Source: Clostridiaceae bacterium
Lineage (GTDB): Bacteria; Bacillota; Clostridia; Acetivibrionales; DTU013
Direction: 5' to 3'
Length of the DNA: 64,000 nt
Assembly: GCA_012519745.1 (NCBI GenBank)
Contig: JAAYPO010000050.1
Location: forward strand, 664-64,663
Below, piece after piece: positions 54,776-64,000 of the stretch (position 1 is its first letter; the number at the start of each line of letters is the position of its first letter). The notes beneath the pieces are model-generated. The model was not told the origin of the DNA. It saw only the letters and a program-made list of their open reading frames with translations, and made no database searches. The position numbers and the translations under genes were made by a program.

Positions 54776-54850
54776 GGGCAGTCGGGCAGTCGGGCAGTCG
54801 GGCAGTCGGGCAGTCGGGCAGTTGGGCAGTTGGGAAGTTGAGCAGTCGGC
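54776..54850. repeat. 8-bp microsatellite (GTCGGGCA: 5 perfect + 4 degenerate copies)
   Basis: Read directly. Lies ~170 nt upstream of the SH3b gene start. Confidence 0.9.
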
Positions 54851-55020
54851 AACAATCTTCTTCATTTGGACTTTTATATCTTTCACAATTTTTTTTCACA
54901 GGATGTCATCTATTTTTAAGGATTCTGTAACCAAAAAACACCATGATTTTGTTATAATATAAATATATGTGGAGTATTTAGGAGGAATCCTGCCTGTCAC
55001 AAATGAGAAGGGGGTCAAAC

Positions 55021-55596
55021 ATGAAACTCAGATTTAAAATAACGGCAACCGCAGTTATAGTTCTCCTTGTAATATCATTGAGCCTTAATATTGTATCCGC
55101 AGTAAATCAGTCGGCTGTACCGGGCTCGGACAAGGATCCCATCGTCAGCAAGAGCTATGTGGATGCAGCCGTTAAAGAGCTGTCCACTAAAATACAGATG
55201 CTCATTGAACTAAATGATGTCCTAAAGAGCCAGAATGCTCAACTGACAACTGAATTGACCAAACAGGAAAAAACGATAAAGACACTGCAGGATGAGATCA
55301 ATGCGATAAAATCCGGAACAACACCGGTGAAGACCGATCCGTCGACAGGAACCGGAAGCGGAGGGACCGCGAAGCCTGAAGATACCAAACCACCGGCTAC
55401 CCTTGGCAAGGCGGTTGTCAATACGGCGGTCCTGAATCTGAGGTCACAGCCCAACACCAAATCGACTATCCTTGGAAAGCTTCTGAAAAACGAAACGGTA
55501 ACGCTGATCTCAAAGGAAAGCAACGGGTGGTATAAAATAACCACATCAAGTGGTAAGACCGGATATGTATTGGGCACACTAATAACACTTAAATAA
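55021..55596 (+). CDS. Membrane-anchored coiled-coil + bacterial SH3 domain protein
   Basis: ATG follows AGGGGG. TM ITATAVIVLLVISLSLNIV. C-terminal SH3b: AVVNTAVLNLRSQPNTKSTILGKLLKNETVTLISKESNGWYKITTSSGKTGYV. Confidence 0.75.
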   Translation: MKLRFKITATAVIVLLVISLSLNIVSAVNQSAVPGSDKDPIVSKSYVDAAVKELSTKIQMLIELNDVLKSQNAQLTTELTKQEKTIKTLQDEINAIKSGTTPVKTDPSTGTGSGGTAKPEDTKPPATLGKAVVNTAVLNLRSQPNTKSTILGKLLKNETVTLISKESNGWYKITTSSGKTGYVLGTLITLK

Positions 55597-55718
55597 TGGT
55601 ACTGCAAGCCCTGACAGATTGATGTGATCTTGGGTCGGAGGGATGGAGTGCGTTTTTCAATGGCTCTTTTGGAACCATTTACTGACAGGCTGTGGTGATT
55701 TTTGGTCGGAGGGACTGT

Positions 55719-56342
55719 GTGAACAGGATAAGGCGAGTTGAAGTTATTTCAAGAGTAAAAAAGAAGTCAAAATTAGTGAGAATAATTTGGACACTGATTT
55801 TTGCCTGCATTCTACAGTTTGCCGTCATACTTAGCCTGATCTATATTGAGGGCGTATCGGATAACGAGACAGGAACTGATTACCTGGTAATACTCGGTGC
55901 GGGGCTTGAGGGCGAAACACCTTCATTATCGCTGCTTGAGAGACTTAGGGCAGGCAGCCGATACCTGAGGGAGCATCCGGACACCACTGTCATAGTTTCA
56001 GGAGGGCAGGGCAGAGGAGAGGATATCACCGAGGCCGAGGCGATGAGGCGCTATCTGGTGAAAAACGGTATCGAAGAAAACAGGATCATAATGGAGTCAA
56101 GAGCTACGAGCACCATGGAGAACTTCAGGTATTCCAGACAGCTCATCGAGGAGAGGACCGGCGGGCATGTCGGGGAGATAACCTTTATAACCAACAAATA
56201 TCATATATTCCGTTCCAGGATACTTGCCCGCAGAAACGGTTTGACAGCCTATGCACTGGCGTCCGAAGATTTTGACGGCGTTTGGGCCAAGTATCTGCGT
56301 GAATATTTCGCATTCGTCAAATCAATGATATTCGACTGGTGA
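55719..56342 (+). CDS. YdcF/DUF218 (SanA/ElyC-like) family protein
   Basis: LVILGAGLEGETPS, VSGGQGRGEDITEAEAMRRYL, ESRATSTMEN. GTG at 55719 lies 5 nt after GGAGGG. The track ORF starts at 55692. Confidence 0.78.
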   Translation: MNRIRRVEVISRVKKKSKLVRIIWTLIFACILQFAVILSLIYIEGVSDNETGTDYLVILGAGLEGETPSLSLLERLRAGSRYLREHPDTTVIVSGGQGRGEDITEAEAMRRYLVKNGIEENRIIMESRATSTMENFRYSRQLIEERTGGHVGEITFITNKYHIFRSRILARRNGLTAYALASEDFDGVWAKYLREYFAFVKSMIFDW

Positions 56343-56563
56343 TGAAAATGATATACAGATCATCTGTCATACATGTGGAATGCATGCAGACAGAGCATGC
56401 CAGAGAGGTGCTTTCACCGGTGGGAGCACTAGATCCATTTCGTAACTAAATTTTAACCTGATCTTAACAAATTGTTCAAAAATACTTCGAAAATATGACA
56501 TAAAATAGTGGTATATATAGTTGTAGAATAATATAAGAGTTATTTTTACAGGAGGTCTTTTGT

Positions 56564-57928
56564 ATGTATAACGATTTTGGTCACCACAACTCTGACTATC
56601 AATATAACAGACCGCCCAGAAACAAGGGGGGTATTGCCAGGTACATAGCGGTCATCCTTATTACGTCTCTTATCAGCAGCACGACAGTCGGCGTACTGCT
56701 TTATAGTAAATTTTCAGCGGATCTGAAGCAGTCTGCCTTGTATGCCATGGAAGCAGCAGATAATCAACAGGGAGAGGCAAAGGCGGTGCAGACAGTCAAT
56801 GGACGGGGAGATGCGGTACAGTATTCAGACATCGGACGGAAGGGTCCGGATGGAAAGGATGTCGTTGATGCTGCAGAGGCTCTGACAGAAGACGACCGTG
56901 GCTCCACAGCTACAGATGTGCTGCAGGGAAGCGGCAATAGCAGCGGCGGCATCATGAACACGGCTCTTCCGAAAGGATCCGCCGTAACGGCGATCGCAAG
57001 GGAGGCCGGGCCGGCTATCGTCGGTATAAGGATGACGATATTGGGGACCAGGTACAACTACTTTGGCAGCACCAACAGCCAGATAGGGGAAGGCTCGGGG
57101 ATAATAATCAGAAAAGACGGCTATATAATGACAAATTATCATGTGGTCTATGGAGCAGATCCAAAGAACGCCACCAGCAGCAGAACGATACTCGAGGTTT
57201 TCCTGCCGGACGGAAGAGAGGCAAAGGCCGAATTTAAAGGCGGCGATGAGAAGACAGATCTGGCTGTGATCAAGATAGATCTGAAAGATCTTCCCATCGC
57301 AGAGCTGGGTGACTCGTCAAAGCTGGAGGTAGGTGAGCTGGCTGTTGCAATAGGCAATCCTCTGGGCATGGAGTTTGCAGGATCGGTTACCGTGGGAGTG
57401 ATAAGTGCGCTGAACAGAACTATGGAGATGGAGAACAGGACGCTTAACCTGATACAGACCGACGCGGCAATAAATGAAGGAAACAGCGGCGGAGCCCTTT
57501 TGAACTCCCAGGGACAGGTCATCGGCATCAATTCCGTCAAAATTGCCGCCTCAGGAGTGGAAGGTCTTGGCTTTGCAATACCTATCAACGATGCATGGCC
57601 CATCATCGACCAACTCATCAGATACGGCTATGTGAAGGGAAGACCGCTCATAGGCATCTCGGGGAGGGAGATCTCCAGTGTATATGCCAGCTATTACGGG
57701 CTTTCAAAGGGTATATATGTGACTGAAGTCACTGGGGGAAGCGGCGCATACAAGGCCGGAATCAAGCCGGGAGACATAATCGTAGCAATGGCAGGCAAAA
57801 CCATAGAGACTGTAAAGGACCTGGATAAGGTCAAGGAGGCGTATAAACCCGGAGATACCGTGACGGTGACGGTGGACCGTGACGGTAAGAAGCTGGATCT
57901 GAGGCTCACCTTTGGAGAAGAGACTTAA
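56564..57928 (+). CDS. HtrA/DegP-family serine protease (trypsin-like + PDZ), membrane-anchored
   Basis: TM IAVILITSLISSTTVGVLL. Triad context TNYHVV, DLAVIK, GNSGGAL. C-terminal PDZ (GIYVTEV...AGIKPGDIIVAMAG). Confidence 0.9.
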   Translation: MYNDFGHHNSDYQYNRPPRNKGGIARYIAVILITSLISSTTVGVLLYSKFSADLKQSALYAMEAADNQQGEAKAVQTVNGRGDAVQYSDIGRKGPDGKDVVDAAEALTEDDRGSTATDVLQGSGNSSGGIMNTALPKGSAVTAIAREAGPAIVGIRMTILGTRYNYFGSTNSQIGEGSGIIIRKDGYIMTNYHVVYGADPKNATSSRTILEVFLPDGREAKAEFKGGDEKTDLAVIKIDLKDLPIAELGDSSKLEVGELAVAIGNPLGMEFAGSVTVGVISALNRTMEMENRTLNLIQTDAAINEGNSGGALLNSQGQVIGINSVKIAASGVEGLGFAIPINDAWPIIDQLIRYGYVKGRPLIGISGREISSVYASYYGLSKGIYVTEVTGGSGAYKAGIKPGDIIVAMAGKTIETVKDLDKVKEAYKPGDTVTVTVDRDGKKLDLRLTFGEET

Positions 57929-58008
57929 GATAGCGGAAAGTTAGCCGGATATATGTCCTGAATGGACACGGCAGCGGGTCCATAGGACCTTGCTGCTTTA
58001 TATATAAA

Positions 58009-58041
58009 GATCCCGGGGCCTTTGGACCCCGGGATTTTTTG
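58009..58041. terminator. Bidirectional rho-independent terminator between htrA (+) and murA (-)
   Basis: ATCCCGGGG ... CCCCGGGAT stem, with TTTTT downstream and an A/T run upstream. Confidence 0.8.
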
Positions 58042-58068
58042 CTGTGATCATTGGAGGCTCAGGTGTTG

Positions 58069-59361
58069 CTAGATACCGGAAATCGACGTGTCCCGTTCTC
58101 TTAGACCGTCTCCCGTCAGCAAAGAGATATCCGCACCCAGAAGCCTGAAATCCCTGACTATATCCTCGTATCCACGCTCTATATGCTCGACTCCGGTAAT
58201 CCTGGTGGTGCCTTCCGCCATGAGTCCGGCCAGTACCAGTGCAGTTCCTGCCCTGATATCACCGGCATGTACCCAGGTGCCGGTAAGACGCCTGTGGCTG
58301 TTGATGCGGGCGATCCCATTCCTCACGGTTATATCGGCTCCCATTCTGTTGAGCTGATCGCAGTGATTGAAGCGTTTTGGATATATGCGGTCGGATATGG
58401 TGCTCCTGCCAAGGGCCTTGAGCAGCAAAACCGTTACAGGCTGCTGGAAATCGCTTTCAAACATGGGGTATTTGCCGGTGCGTATCCTTGTGGCTCTGAT
58501 CCTGCCCTCGCCATGGGCGGTAATGCTGTTTTCTGTCTGCTCAAAGGAAAGTCCTATTTCGGTCAGCTTTGATATACACGGCTGGAGGTGTTCGGGTATG
58601 ACATCCTTAACGGTAACGGTGCTGCCTGATATGCCTGCTCCTATGAGATATGCTCCGGATATGAGCCTGTCAGGCGAGCAGGTGTGATCGCAGCCGCCCA
58701 GCTGCCGCACTCCCTGGATACGTATGGTATCTGTACCGGCACCATATATTTTGGCGCCCATTCTGTTGAGCATAACTGCGGTGTCCACCACCTCAGGGTC
58801 CTTTGCAGCATTGTAAAGGGTGGTCTTGCCGTTGGCAAGCACAGCTGCCAGCATCACATTGACTGTAGCACCACAGGTGACTACATCAAAAAAGATTTCT
58901 GCTCCGTTTAAGGTATCGGCTTCGAGCAAATAGTGGTCCGAGTGCATCTCTGCTCTTGCTCCCAGAGCCTTGAGACCTTTGATGTGCTGATCTATAGGCC
59001 GTGATACGAAATTGTCCCCTCCCGGATAGCCTATGGATACCCTGCGGTGCTTTGCCAGCAGAGCTCCGGCGAAATAATAGGCTGCACGGAACGAGGAAGA
59101 CAGCTTTGTGTCGATTTCCGCCGAATGGATAGGACGTGGGTCTACAATATAGGTCCCATTGGTTTTTTCATATACCGCACCTATACTGCTCAATATTTGA
59201 AGAACTACTTTTATGTCTGAAATATCAGGAATATTTGAAATATGTACAGGTTCATCAGCCAGACAGCATGCTGCCAGCAGTGCAAGGGAACTGTTTTTTG
59301 AACCGGGGGCCCTGATCTTGCCTTTCAGTGGTTTGGAGCTGTTTACTTCAAGCCATCTCAT
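58069..59361 (-). CDS. murA: UDP-N-acetylglucosamine 1-carboxyvinyltransferase
   Basis: From MRWLEVNSSKPLKGKIRAPGSKNSSLALLAA. Full EPSP-synthase-fold length (~430 aa). The track ORF extends to 59436. Confidence 0.88.
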   Translation of the reverse strand: MRWLEVNSSKPLKGKIRAPGSKNSSLALLAACCLADEPVHISNIPDISDIKVVLQILSSIGAVYEKTNGTYIVDPRPIHSAEIDTKLSSSFRAAYYFAGALLAKHRRVSIGYPGGDNFVSRPIDQHIKGLKALGARAEMHSDHYLLEADTLNGAEIFFDVVTCGATVNVMLAAVLANGKTTLYNAAKDPEVVDTAVMLNRMGAKIYGAGTDTIRIQGVRQLGGCDHTCSPDRLISGAYLIGAGISGSTVTVKDVIPEHLQPCISKLTEIGLSFEQTENSITAHGEGRIRATRIRTGKYPMFESDFQQPVTVLLLKALGRSTISDRIYPKRFNHCDQLNRMGADITVRNGIARINSHRRLTGTWVHAGDIRAGTALVLAGLMAEGTTRITGVEHIERGYEDIVRDFRLLGADISLLTGDGLRERDTSISGI

Positions 59362-59499
59362 TTGTTTTCCCGCTTTCGTTATTATTTTCGTATAACTACC
59401 TTTATTATACCCGTTATTACCGAAAATGTTAATCAAAATTTTAACATAATGTTTAGAAAAGTGCTAGAGATTGCTGTTAAAATATAGCAACATGTGCAC

Positions 59500-60570
59500 T
59501 TAATCTGAAATCCTGAAAAACATCGTATAATAACTGGTGGTATAGTCCTGGTTGCTGCCTGTGATCCTGGATGAATTGTCGTGTCCGGTGACATCGATGT
59601 CTTTTGCCCCTATGGTGTCCATGGCAGTCAGCAGCGTGATGACCGAAGGCACCGAATCCAGATTGTCATTGTTCATTCTCCCCAATTCATCGAAATTTCG
59701 GGAGCTTATTGCGGCAAGTGTCATCTCATCCATCCGGTCTGCCTCTATAACATTCAGGTAATGCGAAAAATCAATAGAAGCCAGAATAACAGCATCGGGT
59801 CTGTAAGTGACTATTTCAGCCAGCAGTGCTCCGAGCTCCTTTGATTGCTCTTGCGTATAACTGCCGTGCAGCAGCACGGGGACTATTTTTGTGTCGGGCA
59901 TATAATACTTGATGTACGGTACCAGTGAGGATATGGAATGCTCATCCTCCATCAGCCTATTGTTCTCAGAAGCGTTGATCCTGTCCGTCAGCACTTTTGT
60001 CAGCTTGCTGTCGGCCTTCAGTGTGCCGAAGGCTGTCAGCCAGTCTGCAGATGAGGTGTGGACCTCATTGGACCCGACCAGCCTGTGGTTTGGTCCCAGC
60101 AATATGATAGTGCCGGGAGGATCCTGGGCCAGATCGTCAAAGAAGGCTGCTATCATTCTGCCGGCCAGCAGGTGATGGGGAACAATACCGCCCTTTGCAG
60201 GGCTCCTGGCAGTATTTACGGGTCCGGCGGCAATGTTTTCCGTTGGGACCGCTTGGTTTACCGATTTGAGGAAATCCCTTTCATTATAGTACCTGCAGCT
60301 GAGGGCAGGAACAGCACTGTCATCGGACCCTGCGCTGTCATCGTATCCCGCGCTTTCGGCGGCTCCGTCCACTCCGACGACTCTATCCGATCCGACGACT
60401 CCGTCCGCTCCGACGACTCTATCCGCTCCGGCGGCTCCGGCAGGATCGGCCGTCCCGGCGGATACCTCTGCCGGTGAAAACACTTTGCTGGATATGGCTC
60501 CGCCGGCCCCAAAAAGGCAAAGCACAGCTGCAAGCACTATGAATAATGTTTTGCAGCCATGCATTTTCAT
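59500..60570 (-). CDS. Exported MEMO-like / AmmeMemoRadiSam system protein B homolog
   Basis: ATG at 60570 follows GGGAGGG. Signal/anchor CKTLFIVLAAVLCLFGAGG. Repeat linker GADRVVGADGVVGSDRVVG. Core motifs GGIVPHHLLAG, LGPNH, IDFSHY. Confidence 0.7.
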   Translation of the reverse strand: MKMHGCKTLFIVLAAVLCLFGAGGAISSKVFSPAEVSAGTADPAGAAGADRVVGADGVVGSDRVVGVDGAAESAGYDDSAGSDDSAVPALSCRYYNERDFLKSVNQAVPTENIAAGPVNTARSPAKGGIVPHHLLAGRMIAAFFDDLAQDPPGTIILLGPNHRLVGSNEVHTSSADWLTAFGTLKADSKLTKVLTDRINASENNRLMEDEHSISSLVPYIKYYMPDTKIVPVLLHGSYTQEQSKELGALLAEIVTYRPDAVILASIDFSHYLNVIEADRMDEMTLAAISSRNFDELGRMNNDNLDSVPSVITLLTAMDTIGAKDIDVTGHDNSSRITGSNQDYTTSYYTMFFRISD

Positions 60571-60680
60571 TTTGTTCCCTCCCATCGGTCATCACCATTG
60601 TCACAACTATTTGCGGTGTTTTTGATTTGCCGGCAAAGGGATGTTCCCACCCCGAAGCCTATCCAAAGCTTACTATAACC

Positions 60681-63600
60681 TTATTTGCTGACCGTTATCT
60701 TCATTTTGTCCGAAAAACCTGCGATATCCTTGTCTGTATGGCGTACAGCAGCACTGTCTGCAGTATATGAGCCAGGGGTCACTGCCTTTGCATAGTATTC
60801 GATCTTGTTGGTTCTGTTTCGCTTTGTCTTATCGTAATAGTAGCCGAAAACTACCTTCTGGCCTATAACTTCGTTGGGATACCACCGGTATATGTCGCTG
60901 CTTCGATCGACATACACCGCAGACACATACTTGAGGCCGGCAGGAAGTATATCGGTGACCTCGTAATACCCGTCCGGGGCGTTTTCATCAATATCCAGAG
61001 TAAGTGTCACTTTGACGGTCTCAGAGCGCTGGAAGTCTGTTGCTGACCCTGGTATGTTTCTATGCTCATAGATCCTGCTGATACCAACGATATCGCTGTT
61101 GTTTTTCATATGCTCACTGATAGGTACCGTATATGAGCTTGCTGCCTGTATTTTGCCTGTTATATTACTGAATTTGACAGCCGCCAGCTTCTCCGGTGTG
61201 AGAGTCAGCCTGAAGGAGCTGCCCCTTTGCAGTTCCACATGCCTTTTGACGCCGTCCAGCTCATATGTGAAGCTGTTGACCAGTGACGCATCCTTTATAT
61301 AATTGGAGACAAATATCATTCGCTCCATATTCACCAGAAGGGTGGATGTGGAATTGGTGGTTATATAGTTGAACAGCTTCATTTTTTCAGGGGCATTGGT
61401 TTTCAGCGCAATAAATGTACAAAGCGCCGTAAGATCGATGCTGTCATCCCTGCTGCCGCTATCGATCCAGGCAAAGGTGTCGGTGACAGTTCCCGAGCTT
61501 TCCATTGCAGCCTTCAGTATCTCAGCCGCCCCTTGATGGTCTCCGGCGTCTGCAAGGGCTGCTCCCAGCACAAGCTTCGACTTCAGGGCCAGATTTTCGT
61601 CTTTGAGGATCGTTCGTATGTCGAGCAGCACCGGCTCTTTCAGTGCGGCAAGGCCCCAGTAAGCATATATTACATCCTCGGGTACTGTTTCATCGTTTTC
61701 GATGAGCCTTCTGAAATAGAAGGTCAGAGCGCCGCGATCGATGCCGTCGGCTGCCAGTGAGCACATTTTCGCCGACAGCTCCGGGCTGCTGCTGTCATAG
61801 GTCAGAAGGGCCAGACCACCGTCGTTCATCTGATAATCCGATATATCAGGCTCATCCTGACCATAGAGTTCCTTGTTGAAGTAGTTCTGCAGCAATTTTC
61901 CGGATACCTTTCTTGCCAGGACCTGATCAAGCCTTACGCCCCAGTTTCTCCAGTACAGCTGATGCAGCTCGTGGTACAGGATGGAGGAGTCTTCGTTGTA
62001 AAACTCCAATGTAGTAAGGCCTTTTGCTTTGTTCGAAAAAACTGCGCTGTCAGATAGTTCGACGATATCGGTAACTGTGGTTTCGAGTATGCTGTCAGAT
62101 ACTGTGAAGCTGCGTTCCATGGCGTCAGACAGACCGCCGCCTGATCCTTCGATCCTCACCGTGTAGGTGCCCTGTGCTAATGGATCGAGATGTATCTCCT
62201 CAAAGCTGTTTGCGGTCCCCTTTGCGGAGTACGATTCCTTTTGTTGTCCGTCAGCTCCGAAAATCGTTACCTTAAAGCTTGTTTCATCGTTGGGAGCCAG
62301 TTTTTCGCCATTTGCCCTGACCATTATAGATGGTTTGTCTCCGGTCATGAAAGTTTTGTTGAATATACTGTCAACAAAGAAGGGCAGCTTTGATGATATA
62401 TTTGTTATCGTACTGCCGGCATAAAGGTCTTTTGTGACAGCCTGGGCAGTTATCCTCCAGGAGGTGAGGTTGTCGGGCATTTTGAATGTGACCTCCGCAT
62501 TTCCGTCTGCACCGGTACGGACAGCAGCGAACACTGCCGTGTCTCTGAAATCCTTCCTGACGCTTTGATCCATGCCTTCTCCGCCGCCTTCGGCCCCTGC
62601 TCCGCCGAAATTGTCCGTGGGGTCATATGAAAGATATTCGGAAACAAAGCCCGAGCTTACCATCGTGTCGTATAGTGAGCCAAGCGTATCCACATATTGA
62701 TCGAACATCGCAAAATATGCTTCATCCACAAGGCTTACATTGACCTCGGCGGCTGCAGGCTTACCTGCTGCGTCCTTTACCAGGACGGAGAGCCTGACGT
62801 CATCACCGGGCTTGTAGCTTTCCTTGTCAGGCTTCACCTCTATATTGAGATTTTTCTCGGACTTGTCATATCTGAACACTGCCATGCCTGCTTTGTATAT
62901 CCCGTTGTTTTCAAAACAGACTCCCTTTACATAAATGTTGGGAATGAATTTTTCTTCAAAGCTGAAGCTGTATGCAGCGTTATCGGATACCCTGTAATCG
63001 AGGATGCCATTTTGCATGCGTACGAACAGGTACCTTCTGTCTCTGCCGGTATAGGGCTCTTCCCTGTTGTATTTTATTTCGGCTGTGACCTGCTCGCCGA
63101 GCTTGTAGCGCTTATCCCAATCCGATGGCAGTGTGTAGGCGTCTGTGTTGTACGGATCGAAGCCTTTCCAGTTGTAAACATAATGGGAATCCTTTATCAG
63201 ACGGCCTTCGGAGTCATTGCAGTATACTTCGACATAGTAGCTCTTATCATTTTCTGAGGCATACTGTATTTCATATTTGCCGTTTACTGTATTGAAGCTG
63301 TATTCCCGGAGCAGCCTTTGCTCCTCATTATATTGATATATATCGCGTCTCACCTTGTTGATATGGTCGTAGTAGTCCCCTGTTTTTGTCTTTACATAAT
63401 ATCTTTCATAAAGTCTGGCTGTTACAGGTATATCAACGCTATCACCTCTGAAATCATCCTGGGTGTAATAGCTGTCCATATCGTCAAGGCCTGAAATATC
63501 GATCCTGCTGGTGGCAAATGACAATGTGCCGGTCCCGTTTTCTGTCTTTGAGCTGACCTCTATCATCGTATCCTTGGGAAATACACGGACATCACTGTAT

Positions 63601-64000
63601 TGTATCGATTGCTGTTCCTCTGCCTCTGCGTTCTTTACGGTCAGCATAAGGTAGACAGGCCACCAGCCCAATTCCGGCGTTTGCGGCACTACAGCAAATT
63701 GCGTTTTTCCGTTGCTGTCGCAAACCAGCGTTCCGCTTTTGCCTGCCACTCCGGTGACTATTTTGGTGTATTCCAGCTTAAGGCCTGAGGCGGGCGTACC
63801 CTCGAAGAAGGAGGTCGTAATATCGTAATTTACCGTGTCCCATGCATACATATGGTTTTTGTCGGGAGTGACATCGATGGTATATGAGGGCTTTGTATAA
63901 TCCATCACCTGCATGAAATGACTGAATAATACCTTGTCGCCAGCCTTTAGCCGTACTTCATAGGATCCCGGATTGAAGTTGTCGAGCTTCAGACTGCCTG
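60681..64000 (-). CDS. Alpha-2-macroglobulin-family protein lacking a recognisable CxEQ thioester motif; 5' end lies outside the window
   Basis: FRDTAVFAAVRTGADGNAEVTFKMPDNLTSWRITAQAV is the A2M hallmark. Multiple MG-like beta modules. The reading frame stays open from 63914 to the window edge (...SLKLDNFNPGSYEVRLKAGDKVLFSHF-MQV). Confidence 0.8.
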   Translation of the reverse strand, partial: GSLKLDNFNPGSYEVRLKAGDKVLFSHFMQVMDYTKPSYTIDVTPDKNHMYAWDTVNYDITTSFFEGTPASGLKLEYTKIVTGVAGKSGTLVCDSNGKTQFAVVPQTPELGWWPVYLMLTVKNAEAEEQQSIQYSDVRVFPKDTMIEVSSKTENGTGTLSFATSRIDISGLDDMDSYYTQDDFRGDSVDIPVTARLYERYYVKTKTGDYYDHINKVRRDIYQYNEEQRLLREYSFNTVNGKYEIQYASENDKSYYVEVYCNDSEGRLIKDSHYVYNWKGFDPYNTDAYTLPSDWDKRYKLGEQVTAEIKYNREEPYTGRDRRYLFVRMQNGILDYRVSDNAAYSFSFEEKFIPNIYVKGVCFENNGIYKAGMAVFRYDKSEKNLNIEVKPDKESYKPGDDVRLSVLVKDAAGKPAAAEVNVSLVDEAYFAMFDQYVDTLGSLYDTMVSSGFVSEYLSYDPTDNFGGAGAEGGGEGMDQSVRKDFRDTAVFAAVRTGADGNAEVTFKMPDNLTSWRITAQAVTKDLYAGSTITNISSKLPFFVDSIFNKTFMTGDKPSIMVRANGEKLAPNDETSFKVTIFGADGQQKESYSAKGTANSFEEIHLDPLAQGTYTVRIEGSGGGLSDAMERSFTVSDSILETTVTDIVELSDSAVFSNKAKGLTTLEFYNEDSSILYHELHQLYWRNWGVRLDQVLARKVSGKLLQNYFNKELYGQDEPDISDYQMNDGGLALLTYDSSSPELSAKMCSLAADGIDRGALTFYFRRLIENDETVPEDVIYAYWGLAALKEPVLLDIRTILKDENLALKSKLVLGAALADAGDHQGAAEILKAAMESSGTVTDTFAWIDSGSRDDSIDLTALCTFIALKTNAPEKMKLFNYITTNSTSTLLVNMERMIFVSNYIKDASLVNSFTYELDGVKRHVELQRGSSFRLTLTPEKLAAVKFSNITGKIQAASSYTVPISEHMKNNSDIVGISRIYEHRNIPGSATDFQRSETVKVTLTLDIDENAPDGYYEVTDILPAGLKYVSAVYVDRSSDIYRWYPNEVIGQKVVFGYYYDKTKRNRTNKIEYYAKAVTPGSYTADSAAVRHTDKDIAGFSDKMKITVSK

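Noticed and set aside
1-64000. Prophage, integrative element, transposon, tRNA or rRNA content
   Set aside because: No integrase, transposase, recombinase, capsid, terminase or relaxase motifs appear in any frame. There are no tRNA cloverleaf candidates outside CDSs (a GGTTCGATCC string at ~10640 lies inside the permease gene) and no rRNA-like sequence.

Overview
64-kb chromosomal segment, roughly 47-48% GC. Gene content and strong GGAGG-type ribosome-binding sites fit a Clostridia (Lachnospiraceae-like) Firmicute. That assignment is inferred, because no database search was possible, and every product call comes from motifs read in the supplied translations. I count about 50 protein genes and recognise no rRNA, tRNA, CRISPR, transposase, integrase or phage genes.

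Gene order, left to right:
- a membrane-anchored SBP-like/LRR surface protein
- a LacI-HTH regulator fused to a second, ABC-type solute-binding domain
- a pentulose/pentitol-type locus (split transketolase, SDR, ribose-type ABC transporter, AraB-like ribulokinase)
- a CBS protein and pyruvate kinase
- a paralogous membrane-anchored protein with two SBP-like modules
- a complete Bat-like operon (MoxR, DUF58, DUF4381-like, two vWA proteins, TPR, BatD-like)
- GH43, a Zn-ribbon/DUF2007 protein plus VanZ, and a YfbK-like vWA lipoprotein
- a 1.47-kb gene-free stretch packed with four repeat families
- a LUD protein, a copper-amine-oxidase-N-domain protein, and a DUF2935 gene broken by an in-frame TAA
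- trkA and trkH
- a minus-strand operon of three soluble multi-zinc-ribbon proteins around a 2104-aa double-vWA lipoprotein
- split chrA, ferredoxin, DUF4846, AraC, EamA and xth
- a PD-(D/E)XK nuclease-DinG helicase fusion, engB and a hypoxanthine-DNA glycosylase
- a second repeat-rich intergenic region
- SH3b, YdcF, HtrA and murA
- an exported MEMO-like protein and a thioester-less alpha-2-macroglobulin-like gene that runs off the right edge

Best candidate for an undescribed system: the Zn-ribbon x3 + giant vWA lipoprotein cassette (36807-44705). Other items worth a second look are the cytoplasmic LacI-SBP fusion, the modular inverted-repeat element family present at about 29.3-29.8 kb and 54.5-54.8 kb, the 44-bp array abutting the LUD gene start, the DUF2935 in-frame stop, and the exported orphan MEMO-like protein next to the A2M-like gene. 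Coordinates of non-coding features were counted by eye and may be off by 1-2 nt.
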